From the NCBI GenBank assembly GCA_004431415.1, contig QPMI01000614.1, positions 1-64,000 of the forward strand: 64,000 nucleotides of DNA. The letters run 5' to 3'. The notes beneath the pieces are model-generated. The model did not search any database. It was given only the letters and a program-made list of their open reading frames with translations, and had not been told where the DNA came from. The position numbers were made by a program, and so were the translations under genes. Positions 9,989 to 22,098 of the stretch are shown in pieces (the stretch's first letter is position 1; each line of letters begins with the position of its first letter). Source of the stretch: Cyanophora paradoxa CCMP329. Its lineage: Eukaryota; Plantae; Glaucophyta.

Positions 9989-12900
9989 ATGCCAGCGATG
10001 AAGCTCACCGAACGAGACTCCAGCGCTTATCTCGCGAATGTAAGAGTCTCGTGTGAGGTTCTCCGACATTCTGCGCCAGTCTAATGCCGGGCGGCAGGTC
10101 AACCCGTCGCCCTCTCCGCAGCCTTCGACCTCCTTCGTCGGGGGCGTCTCCGCGGTCTTTCCGGCCGGTTCCCTTCACTCCTTGAAGCATACTGGAGGTC
10201 AACCGACGATCCGGCGAGCGGACGGGCCGACCCCTGTCTCTGAGCGAGGTGATTCACGCTTTGCTGACCTTGGTGGGAAGATATCCCATCACTTCGGCTG
10301 GTGTTCTGACGCATCGTTTGGGCGATGCAGAAGCTATCCGCGTGCGGGAAGTTGTTCGCCAGAAGACCAGGATTGCGCGAGCGCGGGAAGTCGCGACACG
10401 GCCCTCTCCTCGCGCGGTGCCTGGCCGCAGGGCGTTCTTCGGCTCCAGCCTCGGCAACGGATCTCTCCTTCATGCATCACTTGTTCAGCTAACCGCAAAG
10501 ACGGGGAGGCAGCGCCTCAGGCTCAACCCCGGCTCAGTCGGGGGTCAGACCGGCCGGACCTTTTGGCTCCGCGCCTCAGCAAGCTCTGTTGCGGATCCGC
10601 CTTCTGAAGCTGAGGATATCGCTACGGAGTCGGAAGAAGAACCAGCGGATGAGGATTCTGTGGAAACGCTCGAAACCTCGACAGCAGCAGCGCCGGCGGG
10701 CCCGACTAGCGAAGTTCTCCGTGCGCGGGGCTTCTCGAATCTTTTCGAGTGCGTTGGACCAGCCGTTGAGCGTGGCGAGCCAGCGTGGGACCTCAAGTTG
10801 CGGCGCACTTACGACCTGCCGTTGACATCACAAGATATTGTCCTGTTCGGCCGCGTCGTGAGGGTCTGGAAGCTCTTCGTCACTGTTTCTCCCTTAATCA
10901 GCCTCGTTATCCCTCCCCCGATCATCTTCGCCATCTGCGCGGCGATCTTCGCCGCGTACGACTACCGCCGGCCCAACGGCGTCGCGGCGGCCGCGCGACG
11001 CTTCGCGGAGAAGCCACCAAACCCTCGGGCGATCGTCGTCGGAGCCTATACGCGCGCGGTGGACGGTGTGATCAACGCCTGCCGGAGTGTGAGGCGCGGC
11101 GTCCAGGAGACGGCCGACAACGCGCGGCAGTCAGTCGTGCGCGGCGTCAACAACGCGACGGGTGCCGTTGCGCGCGCGGCGGAGCACACGACGGGCTCGA
11201 TCGCTCGGACCTTCGACAACGCCACGGGCGCCGTGCGGACGAGCGTGACGAACACCGGCCGCTCGATCCACAGCGGCGTCACGGGCGCCGTGGGCGCGGT
11301 GGCGCGGACGGTGGACGGGACGGTCGGCGCGGCGGGACGGGGCGTGGTCTCGGTGGTGGGCAAGGTGCTCCCCGTCGGGCGTGCCGCGGCGACCGTTTCG
11401 GCGGTGGCGGCGGCGCTCGTGTCGGACCCGGGCCCCATCCCCGTCGCCATCTCGGCGAACAAGACCCGCTCCATCGCCGCGCCGCCCTCGGCCATCTCCC
11501 TCCGCCCCGAGCGCCGCCAGCGGCGCCGCCCGCTCGCTCAGCGCGACTCGGGCGCCCCCGCCGCCTCCTTCAGCCTCCCCTCCCGCTCCGCAAGCCCCGT
11601 CTCCCGCCGCCCCCGCCGCGCCGCCGCCCCTGCCGCCGCCAGCAGGGCCGCCACCCCCCGCTCCCGCCCCGGCCCCGCCGCCTCGCCCATCTCCCTCAGC
11701 CCCCCGACCTCCTCCGCGTCCCCCTCCGGCGCGCCCGCCCCGACGCCCCCCGCGCCTCGCCGCCCCCGAGCCGCCCCGCTCCTCTCCCTTCCGGGTGGCC
11801 CCCGCCCGCAAGACGCGGCCGGCGGCGGCGATGGACCCCGTCGGGCCGCCGCCGGGGCTGGACCCCAACGTGAGCGTCCTCGTCGACCCCGACAGCCGGT
11901 TCGCCGCCATGGAGGGCCTCCAGGTGCCGTCCCGCCCCCGCCCCTGCCCGCCCGCCCCGCGCCGCCCCCGCTGAGCGCCTTTGGCAGGTTCACTACAAGA
12001 TGGCGACGGCGCTGCGGGCGGCGGAGGCTGCGCCGGCGCCCGACTCTGGGGCGGTCTACATCCACGGCTTCGGCGGCTCGTCGTTCACGTGGCGGCACGT
12101 CCTCGAGCCGACCTCGGTCGTCGTCGGCGCCGCCATCGCGTTCGACCGGCCGGCGTTCGGCCTCACGTCGCGGCCCAAGACCCGCACGCCGACGCCCGGC
12201 TCGGGGCCCTACGCGGACGCCTTCGCGGCGCGCCTCGCGGCGCAGTTCATCGACCGCGCCAAGCTCCGCCGCACCGTCCTCGTCGCGTGCGCCCCGCCCC
12301 GCCCGCTGGGCCGGCCCCGCTGACGAGCGGCGCGCGCAGGCACGCGTCGGCGGCGCCGATCGCGATCGAGGCGTACCTGAAGCGGCCGGACCGCGTCTCG
12401 GGATCGTGCTCGTGGCCCCCTCGATGCCCCTCCCGACCCTCGCGGAGATGACGGCCGGGCCCTCGCCCATCTCCGCCGCCCTCTCCTTCGGCAAGCGCCT
12501 CGCCTCGCGCGCGGCGGCCTCGGCGGCGATCGCGGCGTCGGGGGCGGAGACGGTGCGGGCGATGCGGGAGGACCCGATGGGCTTCCTCTCCCAGGCCTTC
12601 GCCGCCCCGGAGGCCATCGGGCAGGACACCGTCGAGGGCTACACCCGCGTGCGCCCCGCCGCCCCCGCTGCATTTGCCGCGCCCCCGCTGACGCGGCGGG
12701 CCCCGCAGGCGATGACGCTGCCGGAGTGGGAGGCGGGGATGCTGGCCTCGGTGGCGGCCAACGCCGGCGGGCCGCTGGCGCAGGACGTGGCGATGCGGCT
12801 CGCGGACATCGAGATCCCCGTGCTCATCCTCAACGGCGAGAGCGACGCGGTGGCCTCCAAGGGTACGACCAGCAAGCTGCGGCGGGTGCTCCCCAACTGC

Positions 12901-13008
12901 ACCGTCAAGACGCTGCGCGGCTGCGGGCACCTCCCCCAGGAGGAGCAGCCGGTCGCCTTCGTGCGCGCCGTCGCCGAGTTCATCGCCACCATCAACGCCG
13001 ACGAGTGA
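9989..13008 (+). CDS. Alpha/beta-fold hydrolase with long N-terminal extension (transit-like region, TM segment, 11-mer repeats)
   Basis: YIHGFGGSSFTWRHV, AFDRPAFGLTSRP, IPVLILNGESDAV and CGHLPQEEQP motifs across exons. Start codon uncertain (9989 or 9998). Confidence 0.88.
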
Positions 13009-13479
13009 GCCCCGCGGGGCCCCCCTGCCCCCGCCCTTTCCAGCGTATCCACCTACGTACCGTCATTTCCATTTCGAGCGCTGGGCCGGCCCCGCGGCCC
13101 CTCCGGCGCGCCCCGATTTTGATTTTCGCGTGCTCTTTGTGTTTGCAGGAGTACAGTTAGATGTAGGATCGAGGAACGTAGTATCGTTCATGGCTCTGTA
13201 TAATCAGCCGTTCTTGAAGCGAGGTGTAGTGTCCATCCAGTGCGTGAATGCAAGCAAGATTCAAGGTCCCGTGCGAGGGCGGGTTGGCGGGGTGGGAATC
13301 GCTCTGGAGTCGCCGCGGCGCTAGCCTCCATGGCCAAGGGCACGCCTCGCAGAGAGAGTCGCAGGGCAGGGGCCGATCGATAGCTCGGGATAGGCGAGTT
13401 TGCTATTGGAAGGGTGCACAGGCGCATGCGCATCGCCCAACTTGGCGGCACGCGAGCGTGGGCGCAAGCGCAGCCGATG

Positions 13480-16400
13480 CTAGTACTCGCCGTCGCCGCC
13501 CTCATCGCTCCAGTCGCTGCCGGCGCCGGCCGGCGCCCCCGCCCCCTCGTCCTCGTCGTCGTCGGAGGGCGGGGCGTCGTGCTCCTCGGCGAGCTCCTCG
13601 ATGAGCGCCGCCGTCGCCTCGTCGACGTCCTCGCCGCCGGCCGCGTACGCCTCCGTCCGGTCAAGCAGCTCCCGCAGCTTGAAGAAGCGCTGCCCCCCCG
13701 CCCCGCGTCACGCCCCGTGCGCGCTGCCCGGGGCGGCGGGGGCGGCGGGGGGCGGGGCGCACGCTGTGGATCCACTTGCGCGCCGAGCGGGTCGAGAAGA
13801 CGCGCTCGACCCACTGCCGCCCCGCGTCGGGCGCGAGCGGCGGGCGGCGGGGCGGGCGGGGCGGGGCGGGGCGAGCGGGACCTGGGGCCGGGGCTCCTTG
13901 GGGCGGCGCGGGTGGCGGGCGTGGAGGAGGCGGACGCGGGCGGCGACCTTGCGGGCGAGGCGGAGCGGCAGGTGGTGCAGCGAGTGGAAGAGCACCGTCC
14001 GCGCGTGGCAGTGCCGCCCCAGCAGGAACACCCGCGAGGCGCCCCGCTCCGCCCCTCCCCGCCCTGCGCCCCTTGGTACCCCGCCGGCGGCGCGGGCGGG
14101 GCGGGGCGGGCGGGCAGCGCACGGCGGCGCCCTGGCTCCAGCACGCCTCGGCGTCGTACGGGCTGCCGATGAGGGTCACCTGCGGCGCCGCGTGAGGGCG
14201 GGCGGGCAGAGGCACGGGCCGGCGGGACCGAAGGGAGCGGGCCTTCCAGCTGGAGGGGTGGTTGGAGCGCCCGCACGCCTCGCAGCTGCCGCGGGGCGCC
14301 CTCGGCCGGGCCCAAGGCGCGCGCGGGCGGCGGGGGCGGCGGGGGCGGCGCGCACTCGCCAAGGGGCAGGGTCAGCTTGAAGTCGTCGTAGCGGGGCAGG
14401 GAGCGCAGCGCGGTGCGGAACGGCTCCTTCCACGCCGAGGAGGTCACCAGGAAGCGGTTGCGGTCCTCCACCGCCCGCCGCACCGCCCCGATCGCCCGCC
14501 GCCACTTCCCCTCTGCCCCCGCCCGACAGTCAGGGCGGGGCGGAGGGGGCGGAGCCGGCAGATTGAGCCGGGGCGCACGGTGGGCGTAGCGGGCCGCGAA
14601 CTGGCGAAACAGGGGAAGGGTCAGGCGGGCCCTCAGCGCTTCAACGCCCCCGAAGCGAAGCGCTGGGCCGAGGACCGACCTGGGGGTTGGCGGTGCAGTT
14701 GGCGTAGAACTCGACGAGCGCCGCGAAGTGCTCCTCCAGCGTCGCCGACGCCCCCGCCCCTGCCCCGCCCCCGCCCCCGCTCGCACCCCCGCAGCGGCGG
14801 GGGGTGGGGCGCGGCGCGGCGGGCGGCGCGTGGGCGCACCCATCTGGCTCAGGAAGCTCTGGATCGTGCGCGTCCCGTCCGCGTTCCCCCCTTCCTCCTC
14901 CTCTTCTTCTTCCTCCTCCTCGTCCTCGTCCTCGTCGCCTGCGGCCTTGTCCCCTCGCCGCGCGGCGCGCCGCTTGCGCTCCTCGCGGTCCTGCCGCCGC
15001 CCCGTCACGGCCGGGTCGGGCGGGCGGAGCGGTGCGGCGGGCGGACGACGGAGGAGACGAAGCGCTCGAGGCGGCGGTCGACGGCGGCCTCGGCCTCCTC
15101 CTCCCGCAGCGCAAAGGCCCGGTACACGTCCACACCCTCCCCGTCCCCCTCCTCCGGCCCCCCACCCCCCCTCCTGCGTGCCTCTCATGGGCGGAGTGCG
15201 GCGGGGCGTGCGGGGCGGGGCGCGCGGGGCCGGGGCGGACCGGGAGCGGCCGCTGGAGGGCGTGTCGCGGCGGCGGGAGCTGGAACCGGCGGAGCGGCGG
15301 CCGGTCGAGGGCCTGCGGGAGCTGCTCGAGGGCGCCCCGGCCCCGCCCCCGCGCCGCCCCGGCGTTTTCGCCTCCTCCCCGCCGCCGCCACCGCCCTCGC
15401 CCTCGCCCTCGCTCGAGTCGTCCCGGCGCCGGCGCCGCCGGCCGCTGGACCCTCCGCTCGGCTCCCCGGCCGCTTGGCCGCGGGCGGTGCGCTTCCGCTT
15501 CGGCTCCGGCCCCTTCTCCTGCTCGTCCTCCTCGTCCCCCTCCTCCCCCTCCTCCTGCTCCTCCTCCTCGCCGTCGACGAGCCAGCCGTCCATGTCGTCC
15601 CCGCCCTCCTCCTCCTCGCTCTCCCTGCCCCCGCCCGCCCCGTCGACCCCGCACATCTTCCCGGCCCGCCCCGCGCCCCGCACCGGTCTGCATGCAGGAA
15701 GCGGCTCTTCGGCCGCGCCCGCCGCTCCACTGGCGCCCGCGCCCGCCGCACCCTGCGCCACGGCTCGCCGGCCGCGGAGGAGGCGAGCATGGGGGGTAGG
15801 GGCAGGGGCGCACGGAGACTCCGGTTCGGGCTCGGGCTCGGGCTCGGGGGAGGCCGGCGCGCGCCGACCGCGCCCCGGCGGCTTCCGCCGCGCCGGAGAG
15901 GCCTGGCCCCACGCAATCAGCTCCGATCCAGGACCCCGGGGCGGCAGCGCGCGCACCGCTGGCTTGCGGGCCCCCCTGCCCCGCGCGGCCTCCTTGTGAT
16001 CCTCCTCCTTCTCCTCCTCATCCTTCTCCTCGCCCCGGAGCCCGCCGCGCCGCCGCTTCCTCGCACCCGCCCCCGCCGCCGCCTCCTCCTCGTCGTCGGC
16101 GGAGCGTCGGCCGGGTCGGCCCCGCGCCGGCCGCCGCCGCTTCGACGTGCGCCTCTCCTCCTCGACCTCCTCGTCCTGCTCTTGCTCCTCGTCCTCGTCG
16201 TCACCGCGGGGGCGGCCCCGGCGGGCGCGGGAGCTCCGGGCGGCCTCCCGCCCGCGGCCCCGGGCGCTGCGGCCCAGCTCCTCGCGGCCCGCCTCCTCCT
16301 CCTCATCCCCCTCCTCCTCGGGCTCGTACCCCTCCTCCTCCTCCTCCTCCTGGCCGCCGCCGCCGGCCTCCTCGTCGTCCTCGATGAAGTCCTCCATCTC

Positions 16401-17994
16401 GGGGTGCACGCGGCTCCTGCGCGGCGCCCCGCTCAGCGCCGGAGGAGGCAGCCCCCGCCTTCTTGTGCACCGCTTGCGCCTGCCCCCGGTGCCGCCGCGG
16501 GCCGGCCGCCGCGCTACTCTCCGCGAGGAGGGCTTCTCCTCCACATCGTACTCCTCTTCCTCTCCCTCATCCTCCTCTTCGCTGGCGGGGCGGCGACGGG
16601 AGGGGGCTCGGCCTCCGGGTGTGCGGCGCGCGCGGGGCGGGGGCGCCGGGGCCTCCGCCTCGTCGCTCGACTCCGAGGCGCCAGACGGGCGGAAGCTCTC
16701 GTCGCTCTCCGCCCCGCCACCACCCCTGCCCCCGATGTCAGCTCCCGCGCCGCCCGCGCCGCCCCGCCCCGCGCACCGCTTCCGCCGCGTCGCGCGCGCC
16801 GCGGGCGAGGCCGCCGCCGTCCCGCTCGCCCTGCTGCGCAGCGCGTTGGCCCAGAGCGCGACGCGGCCGCAGCGGCGCTGGGGCACCGGCTCGGGCGCCG
16901 CGGCTGGGGCTCGGGCTCGGTCGCCTCCCCTCCCCCTCCTCCTCTTCTTCCGCCGGCTGCCGCCGCGACGCCGCCGGCCTCCGGGCGCGACGCTTCGGCT
17001 CCGCACCCTCTTTCGGGCTCGAGTGCCGATGGCTGCGCGGCGCGCGGCGGCGCTCCTGGTGCGCGCCCTCGCGGCCGCTGCGGGGGGGTGGGCGGGGCGG
17101 CGGGGCGGGGGCGGGCGGGCCGCACGAGGCGTCGGGGTCGTACTCGGCCTCGCCCTCGGAGCCGTCGCCCTCCTCGCCCTCCGCCCCGGCCTCGGGCTCG
17201 TACTCCGCCTCCCCCTCCCCCTCCGACCCGCCCGCCTCCGCCGGCACCTGCGCTCCCGTCAGGGCATCCGTCGGGAGGCGGGCGGGCAGGGCGGGCACCA
17301 GAGGGACGGGCGGGGTCGGCGGGGCCGGGGAGGGCACCTCGTCGTCGTCGTCGTCCACGAGGTCGACGACGATCGGCGGCGGCCGCGGCGGCGGCGGCAG
17401 CACGATCACGTCGTCGTCCTCCTCCTCTTCTGTCCCGTGCGCCGCCGCCGGTGCCGCCGGTCCGCTCGGCTGCTCCGCGCCGCCCGCGGGAACTTCGGCG
17501 GGTGCGGGCGCCAGCTGTGGACTCAGCGCGGGCTGCGGGGCACGCGGAGCTTGCGCCTGGAGTTCCACCGAGTGCGAGGAAGCGCCCTGCACGCGCTGAA
17601 AAGCAGCCGACGCAGCGGGCGCTGCGGCTGCCGACGGCTGAACGCTCTCTTGCGGATATGGCGGCACCGGCGAGCGCGACGGCGTGCTCGAACCACCCTC
17701 CTCGTCATCGTCGTCTATGATGCTCTTGTTCTTGCGCCTTCCGCGCCTCGAAAGAGGGACGAAATTCTCGTCGTCGTCGCTTCCCGCGTTTCGCTGGGCG
17801 GGCGTCGAGAGGAGCTGGAGCGGGTCATCGGTCTGTTCTCCACTCTGATCTTCCTTGCTCTGCCTGCTGCGCGCGTGCGGCTGGCCTTGGTGCTGGGCAT
17901 CGCGCCGCTGCTGCAGCTGGCGCCGCAGGTGCTCTGCCGTCTCCCGCGCTGCAGCCTCTTCCTCCTCGTCGATGTCGATGCGGTATCGCGGCAT
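13480..17994 (-). CDS. DUF4211 / CCDC82-like protein with very long acidic/basic low-complexity N-terminus
   Basis: C-terminal exons LVTSSAWKEPFRTALRSLP, CEACGRSNHP, LIGSPYD, FLLGRHCHARTVLFHSLHH. Start MPRYRIDIDEEEE at 17994. Confidence 0.8.
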
Positions 17995-18077
17995 CCCGCC
18001 GCCACTGCAGCCGACGGCACCGCAGGCAGGAGGGGGGGAGAAGCGGCGTTGCAACTTGTCCTTGGGCCGACCGAACG

Positions 18078-19275
18078 ATGCCCGCCTTCGCCTTGAGCAC
18101 GGCCGCAGCGCCTGCGCAGCGCGCGCGGCCCAGCCCAGCAAGCTATGAAAGGCACGCCTGCTACGCGTCGCGGCCGGCGGAGGAGCTTTCCAGCCGCGTC
18201 TCGGCCGACCGCGCGCCGAACGCGAGGCGAGCGCGCTTCTTCGGCTCTCCGGTGTTCGTCTCCGCCCGCCCGTCGTGCTCGGGGTTCCGGCACGCGGCGG
18301 CGCCGTTCGTGCCGGCCGTCGCCTCGCAGCGGGTCGTGCCGGGCAGGGACATGCGCGAGGTGTACAGGGTGCGCCGCCGCCTCCGACGTCTCCTAGGCTT
18401 CGACGTTGGCGGCGCGGTGCCCGAGCGACGCTGCGCGCAGGCGCTGGCGGACGAGCTGCTGGCGAAGATGCCGGCGGAGGGCAAGTATATCGTGGCCATC
18501 GCTGGGGCGCCGGGGAGCGGCAAGTCGACGACGGCGGGGGCGGTGTGCGAGCTGGTGAACGCCGCGCGGCCGGGCTCGGCGGTGGTCTTCCCCATGGACG
18601 GCTTCCACCTCTACCGCCGCGAGCTCGACCTCTTCCCGGACCCCGCGCAGGGCGCGCCCCGCCCCGCCCCGCTGGTCCCGCCGGCGAGCGGGAGCCGCCG
18701 GCTAACGTGGCGGGGCAGCGCACGCGCGGCGGGGCAGCCCGTGGACCTTCAACCCCGAGAAGCTCGTCGCCGTCCTCCGCAAGCTCCGGGCCGATGGAGC
18801 TGTGCGCCCGCCCGCCCGCCCCGTCGCTGCCCGAGCGGGTGCGAGCTGGCGGGGGCAGGTGAAGGCGCCGTCGTTCGACCACGGGGTGGGGGACCCGGTG
18901 GAGGAGGACATCGAGATCACGCCGGCGCACCGCGTGGTGCTCCTCGAGGGCAACTACGTGCTCCTCGACGAGCCCCACTGGCGCGACATCGGCCCCCTCG
19001 TCGACGACACCTGGCCCGCCCCCCCGCCCCGCCCCGCCGCCCCGCCCCGCCGCCCCGCGCCGCCCGCGCCGAGGCGGGCGGGGGCGGGGCGCAGGTACAT
19101 CGACGTGGACGTGGACGCGGCGATGGAGCGGGTGGTGCGGCGGCACATGGCGGCGTGGGGCGTCGACGAGGGGCGGGCGCGGGCGCGGGCGGACTCGAAC
19201 GACCGGCCCAACGCGCTCCTCATCGCCGCCACCAAGCCCCGCGCCTCCACCGTCGTCCCCTCCCTGCCCCTCTGA
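18078..19275 (+). CDS. P-loop kinase, uridine/pantothenate kinase-like (YFH7/YggC type), predicted plastid transit peptide
   Basis: IAGAPGSGKST, MDGFHL, RRGSPWTF, PSFDHGVGDP, LEGNYVLL, DSNDRPNA. N-terminus MPAFALSTAAAP. Three introns. Confidence 0.9.
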
Positions 19276-19694
19276 GCCCCGGCCCCAGCCGGCCCCGCGC
19301 CCCGCCCCCCCACGCCACCCCACCTGCCTCTCCCGAGCCTCGCGCGTCCCCGGCCCAACCCGTGACCAACCCCTCCCCTCCCCTCCCCGATCCACCTTCC
19401 CGATAGTTTCGTGAATGTAAATTCTTCGCGAGTTCAACGGCCGTTTGGGCTAGTGGTTCGCGCGCTCCGTCGCAGCTCCGCCGCGGTGCGCGACCTTGAG
19501 CTCTGGCCTGGGGCGCCGAGGGCGCATTCCCGTGCAAGTCGAAGTTGAAGCTGACCGATAACTTCGTAACGCGCGCGTTTGAACACAAATGTGAACGGAA
19601 TGGAGGGGCAGAACGACGTTGACATTCAGATCTGAAGAGGACAGAACGAAACGGTCGTGGGCGGCGCCGGGGTCGGTGGTGCGAGCGGGGGGCG

Positions 19695-21849
19695 TCAGAG
19701 GCCAGCGGGGGCGGGTGAGATGACGAGGCCCGGGGGCAGGCCGGGCCCCAGGCTGAGAGCCCCGACGCTGGAGCTGTCGAGGGCGAGGTGGGCGAGGAGG
19801 GGACAGCGGGCGACGCGGAGGCGGCGGACGGAGGGGCAGTCGGAGACGGCGAGGCGGCGGAGGGCGGGGAAGCCGTCGAGCTCGAGGGCGGCGAGGGGCC
19901 GGCAGCGGGCGAGGGCGAGGGCGGTGAGGCCGTGGCGGGGGGCGGCGAGGAGCGGGGCGAGGAGGGCCTCCGTGAGGCAGTCGAGGTCGGCGAGGCGGAG
20001 GTCGCGCAGCGCGGCGCCCGCCGTCACCCGCACCAGCCCCGCCCGCAGGCCCCCCAGCCGCAGCGACGTCGCCCGCGGGCACGCCACCGAGAGCAGCGAG
20101 AGGCGCCCCGCGGGGGCCTCCAGCCGCACCCCGGCGAGGTCGACGGCGGGGCAGCGCGGCAGGTGCAGGAGGAGGGAGGGTCCCCGCACGGCGAGGCGGC
20201 GCGCGTAGAGGGCGCAGGGGGCGGCGAGGCGCACCTCGCCGCCCGCCTCCTCGGCCCACGCCTCCTCGGGGCCTCGGGGGCGGCGGCGGGGCGGCCGGCG
20301 GCTCCCACCAGGGGGCCCGGGGCGGGGCTCGGGGCCGGGCCCGACGAGGAGGCGGCGGAGGGGCAGGGCGGCGAGGGCGGCGGCGGAGGCCCCCCACTCG
20401 AGGCCCCCACAGGCCTCGAGGACCTCCACGGGGGTCCCGCGGGCCCCGTCGAGCGCCAGCGGGCAGCCCTCCACGCGCACCCGCCGCAGCCGCGGGCACT
20501 CCTCCAGCCACACCGAGAGCACCAGGTCCCCGCCCGCTGCCCCCGGCCTCAGGAGGGGCGCGGGCGGGCGGGGCGGGGGGCGGGGGGGCGGGGCGGGCAC
20601 AGTCGCGATCGTGGGCGAGGAGGAGCTCCTCGAGGGCGGGGCAGGCGCGGGCCTCGAGCGAGGGCACGGCGAGGCCCTCGGGGGCCCCCGCCTGCGGCCC
20701 GCAGTAGAGCCGGAACGACCGCAGCCGCGGGCATCCCGCGAGGACGAGGGGCCCGATGGGCCCCTCGAGGAAGCTGAGGTCGAGGGCGACGAGGCGGGCG
20801 GCGAGGGCGGCGAGGGCGGGGGCGGGCGCCCCGCAGAAGAGCCCGCACGTGTCGAGGCGCTCCAGGGCCGGCGCCTCCGCGAGGCGCTCGAGCAGCGGCT
20901 CGAGGTCGGCCGCCCAGGGCCCCGCCTCCCGCTCCAGCCGCAGCTCCCGCAGCGGCTCGCGCCGGGCGAGCAGCCGGAGGAGCGCCGCCACGCCGGCCCC
21001 GTCCACCCCGCCCCCACCGCCAGCCGCAGCCGCGCCAGGCGGCCCCACGGATCCGCCTCGCCCCCGGAGCCGGAAGCGGTGGGGCCGGGGGCGGGCTGGA
21101 GGGCGGCGTGGAGGGGCGGGACGGCCTCCGGCTCGGCGGAGAGGGAAAGGGATTGCAGGCGCGGGGCCGCGCCGGCGAGGGCCCGGCACACCGCCCGCTC
21201 TGGCCCCGCCCCGCCCCGCGGCGTCGGAGGGGCGCGGAGAGGGACCGGGGGGGCGGGGCGGGGCGCACGAGGGGCACGCGGTCGGAGAGGGCGAGGTGGC
21301 GGAGGGAGGGGCCCCAGGCCTCGAGCAGGGCGGCCGCGGCGGCCCCGAACTCCTCCTCGTGCGAGCCCGAGAGCAGGTGCAGGCCCGCCACCGCCGGCGC
21401 CGTCGCCATCAGCGCCCGCGCCTGCGCCCCCGCATCAAGGGCGCCGGCGCCGGCGCACGGGCCGCGCGCCAGGCCGCCGCAGGCGCACCTGGGCGACGGA
21501 GAGGGGGCCGTCGATGCAGATACTCTCGATCGGCGCAGTCGATGCTGTCCGCTTCGCCCGCCACTGCGCGAGCGCCAGCACCTTCGTCGCCGACCCGTGG
21601 AGCACGCACGACGACCCAAGAGCCTCCGTTGCGAGTCTGCAAGAGCGGCACACGTCGGCCGGTGCGACCAGTGCTAGACCAGTGCACGGCTAGAGCAGTG
21701 CGAGTAGCTATGGTGCTCGGATTGAGCGCGCACGCGCGCGTTCACCTCAGGAAGGACGAACAGACGAGCGAGAGCCGCACTGTCTCGACGGGCCCTAGGG
21801 TGTTCAACACTGAGACTAACACCGCGTCGGGAAGATCCAGGAGGTGCAT
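19695..21849 (-). CDS. F-box / leucine-rich repeat protein
   Basis: First exon MHLLDLPDAVLVSVLNTLGPVETVRLSLVCSSFLR (F-box). Downstream LxxLxLxxCPxL repeats (GCPRLRSF, ACPALEEL, ECPRLRRV, DCPSVRRL). Confidence 0.8.
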
Positions 21850-22098
21850 CGCGGCACGCTCCCTCTGTGAGACGGTCCGAACTGGATCAAGAACCGCTGC
21901 GGCGACGATCCGAGGTGGATCGTGGTCAGCGCACGAAGTGTTGGCGCTACCGGTCGGTACCCTTGTGTTGACCAGCGGCGGCTCTTTGCACTCGGTCGAA
22001 GCTGCGGCACGCTTCTCTTCATCTGCAGGCGATGGTGTGTCAATGCTGAGCAGCTGAGCAGGCCAGCTGCGGGCCAGCCGGAGCAGTAGCCGCAGCGC

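Noticed and set aside
13188-19437. Very long ORFs in the track (1272, 1152, 899 aa and similar elsewhere)
   Set aside because: Arg/Pro/Gly/Ala-rich products of stop-poor GC DNA; the real proteins switch frame at introns.
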